A DNA stretch of 32,000 nt from contig DYFY01000004.1 in assembly GCA_020724955.1 (NCBI GenBank), forward strand, positions 34,051-66,050, in the 5' to 3' direction. The stretch's first letter is position 1. Each line of letters begins with the position of its first letter. The notes under the pieces are model-generated. The model saw only the letters and a program-made list of their open reading frames with translations. It did not search any database and was not told where the DNA came from. Made by a program: the position numbers and the translations under genes. Below, in pieces: positions 1-6,975 of the stretch. This DNA is from Candidatus Parvarchaeum sp. (GTDB lineage: Archaea; Nanobdellota; Nanobdellia; Pacearchaeales; GW2011-AR1).

Positions 1-1
1 A

Positions 2-466
2 GGAAGTTTTCAGATTGATAATAAAACTAACAAAGTGAAATGGATATGCTTTGACTTTGACGGAGATTTGGATACAGAACTTGAAAAAGCTAAGAGACTA
101 TATTCTAAGTTGAAGGATAAGGGATTTTCCCCATTGATAGAATTTAGTGGAAGACGGGGCTATCATATTTGGTTATTTTTAGAGGAAACAAATGCTAAAG
201 ACGCTAAGAAATTCGCAACAGATATTTCTAAGGATGCAGGAGTTAGTGATATTTATCCAAAACAAGAGAAAATTGATCTTAGTGGTTTTGGTGGACAGGT
301 TAAAATCCCTTTGGGTATTCATAGAGCAAGTGGAAAAAGAAGTTATTTTCTCAATGATGATTTTGAAGAAATGAAGCATGATGAGTCAATAAATCTTCTT
401 CGGGAGATTTTCAAATCCAAGAGAGATAAAATAAAAGTAGTTACTCTCAACGACTTTCTAAATTAA
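2..466 (+). CDS. Archaeo-eukaryotic primase (AEP) PrimPol-domain protein, probably 5'-truncated by the window edge
   Basis: The ORF carries AEP motifs in order: DxD (ICFDFDGD), SGxGxH (FSGRRGYHIWLF) and a later strand (GQVKIPLGIHRASGK). The frame is open from nt 2 with no stop upstream of the GTG at 35, so the true start probably lies outside the window. Confidence 0.6.
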   Translation, partial: GSFQIDNKTNKVKWICFDFDGDLDTELEKAKRLYSKLKDKGFSPLIEFSGRRGYHIWLFLEETNAKDAKKFATDISKDAGVSDIYPKQEKIDLSGFGGQVKIPLGIHRASGKRSYFLNDDFEEMKHDESINLLREIFKSKRDKIKVVTLNDFLN

Positions 467-519
467 GATATATTTTTAGTTATAGAAATATCTAAATATG
501 TCTAATATATTTCATTTTT

Positions 520-1770
520 ATGGAAATTATTAACTCCTTGACCAAACTTTGGGATTTCATACCCAACTCTGAAGAGTATTACAACAAACCTCCTAAGGGT
601 CCCCCAGAACATTTACCCACACTTTCTGAAGAAGAAATAGAAAATCTCAGTAAAACCTTTTTTGGAGATCCTCAAGATATGAAAAACTACGCTTATGAGA
701 GTTTAGAATTTAATATAGAAGGAGACATGGCTCCGAAAGAAGTTAAGCTTCCAAATTCAGATGATTTGAAAGACATAAATGTTTGTGCAATTGATGGAAG
801 TAATCAAAGAATTGATCTAATTTCTTTTTATGTTTTATTGGCAAGGGCAACAATCATCAACTTTAGATATTCTAAACCTGGATATAAACCATATTTCTAT
901 ACAAGAAGCAAAGATTGCAGTGGGGTTGTTTGGGTTGATGGAAATATCTTTAATGAAGAAATAGAGACTCATACAAAGAAACTAAGTGGTGAGAATATAG
1001 AGCTAATGTCTGAAATTGAAAAACCAAACAAGGATCCTTTCCTGTTTAGGTATGATCCCTCTAAATCTGAAAAAAGCCCCTCTTCTCAAGCACTTGGGTG
1101 GTCTGTAAAATTACAGCAAGCCTTAGAACTTGCCATGATAAAAGAAGTTCCAAAAAATGCTCCTTGTGTCTGTATAAGGGATGGTCCTCTTTTTTCAACA
1201 AGTGTTGCTCCAAAGGATACAATACAAGGACTATCTCCAATATTTACCTGGAAAGATCAAGTATTAATTTCTTGTTCAAAAAGAGTTAAGGAATCATCTC
1301 TTCTTGTTGAATCTTTGATTTATTCAAAAGAATTAAGAGACTTCTGGTTCCCTAAACAAGAAATTTTGGAAAGCACATTAAGATCAGTTGCTACAGATGC
1401 TTTACTGATTCCGAAAATATTAAAACCAGGTCAAAGAACACCTTTTATAGCAGCTGTTCCAAGAGCAAGAAAGAAAATTGTAGAAGATAATGAGAGACTT
1501 ACCCCTTTGGTCTGTTATTATTATAGCAGGCATAGACCCAACACTTTTATAAGGTTAGAAGTTCCAAAATTTATGTACGAAAGAAATAAGGAAATGGTAG
1601 AAAAAGCTATTCAAATTGTTGCTTGGCAACATGAAATGGGTCATCGTGCCCCCCTTGTTCAACTTGCAGCAGATGAAAGATGTCAATTAGGACCTGAGAA
1701 AAAAATAGTTGAGAATCAAATTAGAGGTTCTTTAGCAAGAAGGGATATAAATTTATCAGAAATATATTAA
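520..1770 (+). CDS. NurA-like nuclease (RNase H-fold 5'-3' nuclease family)
   Basis: It has the NurA-type IDGS motif (VCAIDGSNQRIDL), a later acidic motif (CIRDGPLFS) and a C-terminal H/D-rich segment (WQHEMGHRAPLVQLAADERC). It sits 1 nt upstream of a HerA-like ATPase, the classical NurA partner. The call is from motif recall only. Confidence 0.5.
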   Translation: MEIINSLTKLWDFIPNSEEYYNKPPKGPPEHLPTLSEEEIENLSKTFFGDPQDMKNYAYESLEFNIEGDMAPKEVKLPNSDDLKDINVCAIDGSNQRIDLISFYVLLARATIINFRYSKPGYKPYFYTRSKDCSGVVWVDGNIFNEEIETHTKKLSGENIELMSEIEKPNKDPFLFRYDPSKSEKSPSSQALGWSVKLQQALELAMIKEVPKNAPCVCIRDGPLFSTSVAPKDTIQGLSPIFTWKDQVLISCSKRVKESSLLVESLIYSKELRDFWFPKQEILESTLRSVATDALLIPKILKPGQRTPFIAAVPRARKKIVEDNERLTPLVCYYYSRHRPNTFIRLEVPKFMYERNKEMVEKAIQIVAWQHEMGHRAPLVQLAADERCQLGPEKKIVENQIRGSLARRDINLSEIY

Positions 1771-1771
1771 G

Positions 1772-3580
1772 ATGGCAGAAGAAAAATCCACAAACAAAAC
1801 AGAAGAAAAGAAATATGCTCATCCTTATGCAGATGTTAGAAATCCTTTCTCTGTAGATAGCAAAGGATCCTTGGCAGATTATATCTTATTAGACCCAGAG
1901 TCTATTCCAGAATTAGCATTGGGTGCAAGTATTTTAGTAGAGGATACAAAAAACGGAAAAAAGTTTTGGTCTTCTGGAAGAGTAAATGGGTTAAAGGCAA
2001 TTTCTCCATTTAATCCGAATAGGGAGAACTTGTTGTACATGGATGACAATGGAAACAATCCTATTGAAATATTAAGAGAAATAAAAGGACCCCACACTCA
2101 CCAACCAATAATTATTCAAATTGAATTGGATCAAGAGTTATCTAAAAATGAGGATATTCTTCCTGATAAAAGAAGTTTCATCTCCACACCTATACAAAGA
2201 CCCCCATCTGCATCAAGTAAATTATTCTTTCCAAGAATTCTGCCAGATAACAGCGATGAGGCTCCATCTTTACAAGAAATGCTTGATATAAAAGAAAAAG
2301 GAATTCCTCTTGGTGCTGTTGGTTTTGGGAATATTCCTTATACTCAAGATGGTAAAAGATTAATTTATAACTGGGATATGGAAAACCTTGAGAATAAACA
2401 TATTTTTATTGTGGGAGAAAGTGGTTCTGGAAAAACAGTTTTATTGAAAAATCTCGCATATGAAATAAGAAAAAAACATCCAAATCAAAGAGTAATCTTG
2501 ACAGATGTGCAAGGGGACATTGTGCAGCTATTATTTAAAGATTTTACTAAAGTTATTGAGAGAAGAGGTTGGCAAGCAAACATTCCTTCCGAATCTGTGG
2601 ATGATGCAATTGAGAAATTAGGAAAATTCCAATTAATTATTCCTGCTAAAAAAGAAAAACCAGGATATATTGTTGCCTTAAAGAAACTTGCAGAGAACAG
2701 AGGCATACAAGTTAAAGAAGTTGGTCTAAGGCTCCAAGATCTTTCTAATCCTTCAGATGTTGAATACTTATATAGGGCAGCTTCACAACAAGTAGCCCCC
2801 TTGTTAGATGAAGAAGCTGAAGAAATAAAATCAAATAGTGGAGTGGTTACGATTGATGCTTTAAGAGAGAAAATGGTTACGATTCCAAGTGGGACTAAAG
2901 AAGCCCAACCAATGAGTAGTTCAGGAACTCCTTTTTATAGAAGTACTTACACAGCCGCCATAAGAGCGTTAAAGAATTTAGGAGAATATTTTGATTTCCA
3001 TCAACCATCTATGGCATCTGGGAACAATCCTCTTGATTGTTTGGATTTTGATGGTACGAGCATTTTATTTTTAGACCATTTAACAACGGAAGAAAGAATA
3101 ATGTGGGAAATGCAACTTGTAAATTGGCTCTATAGAAAAAAATCTGAAAGTTGGGAAGCATTCGTCTTCTTTGACGAAGCCCATCAAATAGTTCCTGCTT
3201 ATCCTCCAGTATCAAGTGCAGGAGGGACTTTTGATAGATTAAGAATGAACTTTGAAAGGCTTGCAAGAGAGGGGCGTAAATTTGGGATCAATTTAGTTTT
3301 AAGTACTCAAAGTCCAAAAGATTTACACGAGATAGTTCCTGAACAATGCCCAACCAAAATAATAATGAAGATTAGCCCACGTAATGCAAAATATGCATTT
3401 TTAGATTCAAGATCTGCGTTAATAGCAAATAGATTTGGTCATGGGCAATTTTGGATACAAAGCCCATTCAATGGTACTCCTGAATGGATAAGAATTCATA
3501 GTTGGGCTCCACCATTACCTCACGAAAAAATGGCTACTTATTGGGATAAGATAAAAAAACAAGCACAATCTGAGAATTAA
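1772..3580 (+). CDS. HerA-like (FtsK/HerA superfamily, DUF87-type) hexameric ATPase/translocase
   Basis: Walker A is HIFIVGESGSGKTVLLKNL and Walker B is AFVFFDEAHQIVP. The HerA-typical REGRKFGINLVLSTQSPKDL segment is present, along with an N-terminal barrel-like region (ASILVEDTKNGKKFWSSGRVNGLK). The ATG lies 1 nt after the NurA-like stop. Confidence 0.7.
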   Translation: MAEEKSTNKTEEKKYAHPYADVRNPFSVDSKGSLADYILLDPESIPELALGASILVEDTKNGKKFWSSGRVNGLKAISPFNPNRENLLYMDDNGNNPIEILREIKGPHTHQPIIIQIELDQELSKNEDILPDKRSFISTPIQRPPSASSKLFFPRILPDNSDEAPSLQEMLDIKEKGIPLGAVGFGNIPYTQDGKRLIYNWDMENLENKHIFIVGESGSGKTVLLKNLAYEIRKKHPNQRVILTDVQGDIVQLLFKDFTKVIERRGWQANIPSESVDDAIEKLGKFQLIIPAKKEKPGYIVALKKLAENRGIQVKEVGLRLQDLSNPSDVEYLYRAASQQVAPLLDEEAEEIKSNSGVVTIDALREKMVTIPSGTKEAQPMSSSGTPFYRSTYTAAIRALKNLGEYFDFHQPSMASGNNPLDCLDFDGTSILFLDHLTTEERIMWEMQLVNWLYRKKSESWEAFVFFDEAHQIVPAYPPVSSAGGTFDRLRMNFERLAREGRKFGINLVLSTQSPKDLHEIVPEQCPTKIIMKISPRNAKYAFLDSRSALIANRFGHGQFWIQSPFNGTPEWIRIHSWAPPLPHEKMATYWDKIKKQAQSEN

Positions 3581-4500
3581 TTCGCTTTCAAATAACTTGA
3601 AGTATTATTGAGTATTTTAGCCAAAGAGTCTGCTTTTTTAACACTAAAGAAAACCCTACATATTCCTTTTCCGAGAATAACTTTTTCTTTAAGATTTATT
3701 TCTCTTAATTCATTATAAGAAATGGTTTGTGATCCGACCAAGTATATCCAGGCGATCATGCCGTTATAAAATTCATCTACTGTAACCTTTTTTGAATTTT
3801 TGTTTGAAGTGAGTTCTTTAAACATTAAAGGATTACTCTTTATCAAAGCGTCTTTTCTTCCAAACCTGTAGGAATGGAATTCTCCAAGAGTTAGTAAGAA
3901 ATATCCATTTCGTATAATCTTTAAATAATTGTTGAGGCTTGGCAAAACTGTTCCACAAGTATCTAAATCAAGGAAATCAAATGTTTTATTATAAGAATAA
4001 AGTCTTGCTGCCCACTTCTGTGAGTCCTCATTTACCAAAAAAATGTTTTTACCATTATATTTTCCGAAGAAAACATTTAAGTTATATTTCTCCATTTTCT
4101 TGAATTTTATTTCAAGTTTCTTGCTCAAATTTTTCAATAGTTTATCAAAAACTTTCTTATTAATTTCACAAGAATGTATCTCCTTAACACTATCACTCTC
4201 AAGATAAATTAAAGTTGATTTTCCCTCTCCTGCAAATCCTTCAAACACTTTCTCTGGTTTGATGGATACTAACCATTTTCTTGTTAGGTCATATTTTTCC
4301 TTTCTATGGTCTGAGCCATATTTATCTTGTTTGAATCTCATTCTTCTTATTTTTGCTTTCAGAGAAATTGGTGATCTATGGGGAAGAGATTTTTTTATTT
4401 CTTTTAATGTCTTTCCTTGATTAATCATTTTATTGATTATGTGTTCTTCTTCATTGGACCAGGCTTCTCTTCCTTTAGCTATAGGTTTATTGAATTTCAT
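3577..4500 (-). CDS. Myb/SANT-like HTH fused to a class I SAM-dependent methyltransferase with TRM1-like motif order
   Basis: The N-terminus (WSNEEEHIINKMINQGKTLKEIKKSLPHRSPISLKAKIRRM) resembles a Myb/SANT repeat. The core has motif I (VFEGFAGEGKST), then CEINKKVFDKLLKNL, then FDFLDLDTCGTVLP, which resembles the DLDPFGS motif of N2,N2-dimethylguanosine tRNA methyltransferases. A TATA-like ctatttaag lies about 26 nt upstream of the ATG on the minus strand. Confidence 0.5.
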   Translation of the reverse strand: MKFNKPIAKGREAWSNEEEHIINKMINQGKTLKEIKKSLPHRSPISLKAKIRRMRFKQDKYGSDHRKEKYDLTRKWLVSIKPEKVFEGFAGEGKSTLIYLESDSVKEIHSCEINKKVFDKLLKNLSKKLEIKFKKMEKYNLNVFFGKYNGKNIFLVNEDSQKWAARLYSYNKTFDFLDLDTCGTVLPSLNNYLKIIRNGYFLLTLGEFHSYRFGRKDALIKSNPLMFKELTSNKNSKKVTVDEFYNGMIAWIYLVGSQTISYNELREINLKEKVILGKGICRVFFSVKKADSLAKILNNTSSYLKAN

Positions 4501-4542
4501 AATTTAGTAAAAACAAAGGATCTTAAATAGTTTTCTATGGGC

Positions 4543-5811
4543 TTAAAAATCTATCCCTCGCATCTTTTCTTCAACGACAAATTCTCCTCTAACTCCGAGT
4601 TCATTTATTTCTTGTATAACAACACAGATATTATGGCAGAGAATTTTCAAAAGGAGTTCATTGATTTGAGCAGTTTTTGTTTTAGAACGAAGGTTGTCTT
4701 TAAACTTCGTCTTGATCATATGAAAAACCGTCTCTGAGTTTGACCTTTTATGATAATGTTCTAAGAACTCATCATGCTTGTAAATAAAATAGTGATACAT
4801 TTTTTTCCAGATGCCAACACTTGCTCTTTTGCCTCTTACATTCTTCTTGAAAGGAATGAAGGGGACAGCACCCACATCCTCAATCGCCTGTAAGTTACTT
4901 CTTGAACTATAGGCTTTGTCTCCACTTACTTCGCCCACCTTGAAAGTTTTAGCTGTCTCCTCAACTAAGCGAGGCAATGAAGGACTATCATTCACCTCTC
5001 CTTCAGTAATTTCACAACCAGTAATAATATTGGTTTTTACTCCAGATATTAAATGTGCCTTGAGCCATATTCTGTATTTTGTTTCTCTTTGATGTTTGTA
5101 ACTAAAATAACGAGCAAACCGTGAGGTAGAAAAACCACTTGAATCAATAGCAAAATCAGTTTCAACTTCTCTTAATGGACTTGAACTTATTGAAATTAAT
5201 TCCTTGAGAATTTCGGTTATGTCCTCTCTCTGCATGAAATGACCAACAGAAGCATAGCAAGGCACAGAATCAATTAAATTCATTTCTTTGGCTATTCTTA
5301 TGTCTGAAATAAATCTCCTTAAACTGAAAGTAGAATAAACTTTCAGGACAGAAGCAAAAATTAAATCTGAAATAGGTAATGTTGGTCTGCCGAATTTGTA
5401 AGTTGGCTGTTCGGAGAAATCGGAAAGTTCTCTTAATAGTTTCATGAATAATAATTTCTCATTTGTTTGTGATTTATCGTAAGCTTTCCAATCTTGGGAA
5501 TAAGAAATCTTAACACCTTTTGTCTGAGTAACCTTTCCTTCTTTATCTATTTCTTGTTTAAGATAAAACTCAACTGCGTAAGTATGCTTACATTTTTTAT
5601 TTCTCATAGAACAATCTGGACACGTGCATTTTGGATTATCTCTAATGAACCTAACCATATACTGTCTTGAAGTATTGGTCTGGGAGGTAACTCTCCAACC
5701 GAACGGAGTCTTAACTATTCTTGTTGATTTAGCCAAGAGTTTCCCTCTTTCTTCTCTTGTAAGCTTTTTCCAGTTTGTTTCTTGTAATTGTTCCATTGTC
5801 TTATTAGTCAT
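4543..5811 (-). CDS. Transposase: N-terminal SWIM-type zinc finger plus IS4/IS5-type DDE domain
   Basis: SWIM CxC...CxH pattern (CTCPDCSMRNKKCKHTYAV). DDE signposts are AIDSSGFSTS and SGDKAYSS. A perfect Y-x2-R-x3-E-x6-K signature is present (YHKRSNSETVFHMIK). Confidence 0.7.
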   Translation of the reverse strand: MTNKTMEQLQETNWKKLTREERGKLLAKSTRIVKTPFGWRVTSQTNTSRQYMVRFIRDNPKCTCPDCSMRNKKCKHTYAVEFYLKQEIDKEGKVTQTKGVKISYSQDWKAYDKSQTNEKLLFMKLLRELSDFSEQPTYKFGRPTLPISDLIFASVLKVYSTFSLRRFISDIRIAKEMNLIDSVPCYASVGHFMQREDITEILKELISISSSPLREVETDFAIDSSGFSTSRFARYFSYKHQRETKYRIWLKAHLISGVKTNIITGCEITEGEVNDSPSLPRLVEETAKTFKVGEVSGDKAYSSRSNLQAIEDVGAVPFIPFKKNVRGKRASVGIWKKMYHYFIYKHDEFLEHYHKRSNSETVFHMIKTKFKDNLRSKTKTAQINELLLKILCHNICVVIQEINELGVRGEFVVEEKMRGIDF

Positions 5812-5889
5812 ATAGTAATATATATTACCACTACTATTTAAATGTTTCTATATGGAAATATTTATATACTACTATATATTTTATTTATC

Positions 5890-6024
5890 ATGGAAAGACA
5901 AACGGTAAGTCTTAAACTTGACCCTGAATTGTGGAAAGAGGCGAAAAAAAAGTGCATAGATAAAAATACCTCTTACTCTGAATATGTTGAGAGCCTGATA
6001 AAAAAAGACTTAGGAAAGAAATAA
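5890..6024 (+). CDS. Ribbon-helix-helix (CopG/Arc-like) small DNA-binding protein, 44 aa
   Basis: MERQTVSLKLDPELWKEAKKKCIDKNTSYSEYVESLIKKDL has the RHH pattern of a beta strand followed by two helices. The internal ATG at 5890 is preferred over the track start at 5842 because a TATA-like aatatttatatac lies about 27 nt upstream of it. The first 16 track codons are AT-rich low-complexity. Confidence 0.55.
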   Translation: MERQTVSLKLDPELWKEAKKKCIDKNTSYSEYVESLIKKDLGKK

Positions 6025-6100
6025 ATTATTGTGATGAAGTATATAGATGACTTTTTACACAAGAGCTACTTTATACACAAAGCCGACTAAAGCGAAAAGC

Positions 6101-6108
6101 TTATAAAA
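6101..6108 (+). promoter_or_regulatory. TATA box (ttataaaa) with purine-rich BRE-like gcgaaaag upstream; leaderless promoter for the 6130 lipoprotein gene
   Basis: The TATA centre is about 26 nt upstream of the ATG at 6130, the spacing expected for an archaeal leaderless transcript. Confidence 0.45.
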
Positions 6109-6129
6109 GCCGTCGATAAACACATATAT

Positions 6130-6975
6130 ATGAGAAAAACAACATCTGGTTTAGCCGCTCTAGTTGCAGTAGGATTTGGACTTGCTGGATGTAAATCTCC
6201 TCAGCATGGGCTGGATACCAGGAGCACTTATACTCTTCCACGTACTGAACTAGCAACACCAGATAATGTAAAAGGAACTGAATTAGGAAGGTTGACACAA
6301 AAAAGTACAGAGTTTAATCTTGAGTATACAGTAATTAATGGAGAAGTTTATAGTTTGGGCAATAACGTAATGCCGGAAAATGGAGAATTGGAAGGAGTCC
6401 TATACAAACACGCAGAAGGAAAATTGCGTCTGGATAGAGCTACCAAAACCGCAACAGAAGTCTTCCCGAATGTTTATGTGCCTACAAAGGAGAAAAAAGC
6501 TGATGGGACAGACGCTACCAGGTTTACTTTATTAATGGAAGGTCCTCACGCTGTAAGAGCAGATATAACGAATTTCGATGTTAAAGATGTTGAAAGAGGA
6601 GTAATCAGAACAAATCAGAACGACTTCAAAATCAGCTTAGCAATAACAAATATGTGGGGTAGAGACTTTTACACTCCGGCAATAACAGAAGAAGCCAGAT
6701 CGCCAGATGACATTAGAGGCAACTTCTATTTAATACCTGTTGAAGGCACAGTCCCAGAAATAGATGTTAATACAGGCCAAGTAACTCTAATCAGCCGAGA
6801 AGGAATCTATGGCTTACATAGATGGGATTCAAGCTTATTCAACCTAAGAACATCTGCTAAAGTAGAATTGGCTGAGCTAGAAGCTATAAAAAAAGCCCGC
6901 GAAGCAGAAGAAAAAGAAGCAGAAGAGAGAGAAAAACTAAAACCAAGTCCTGGTCAGGGCGTAATAGAAAGATAA
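6130..6975 (+). CDS. Secreted lipoprotein-like protein (lipobox LAGC), unknown function, E/K-rich C-terminal tail
   Basis: The N-terminus MRKTTSGLAALVAVGFGLAGCKSPQ is a basic n-region, a hydrophobic core and an L-A-G-C lipobox. The C-terminus (ELAELEAIKKAREAEEKEAEEREKLK) is coiled-coil-like. The stop directly abuts the stop of the convergent giant gene. Confidence 0.6.
   Translation: MRKTTSGLAALVAVGFGLAGCKSPQHGLDTRSTYTLPRTELATPDNVKGTELGRLTQKSTEFNLEYTVINGEVYSLGNNVMPENGELEGVLYKHAEGKLRLDRATKTATEVFPNVYVPTKEKKADGTDATRFTLLMEGPHAVRADITNFDVKDVERGVIRTNQNDFKISLAITNMWGRDFYTPAITEEARSPDDIRGNFYLIPVEGTVPEIDVNTGQVTLISREGIYGLHRWDSSLFNLRTSAKVELAELEAIKKAREAEEKEAEEREKLKPSPGQGVIER

Noticed and set aside
4519-5850. 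TTAAATAG / CTATTTAA motifs on both sides of the SWIM-DDE transposase, which at first looked like IS terminal repeats. The motifs are at 4522-4530 and 5836-5846.
   Set aside because: Each lies 26-30 nt upstream of an ATG (the methyltransferase at 4500 and the transposase at 5811, both minus strand). TTTAAA is self-complementary. They are better explained as TATA boxes.
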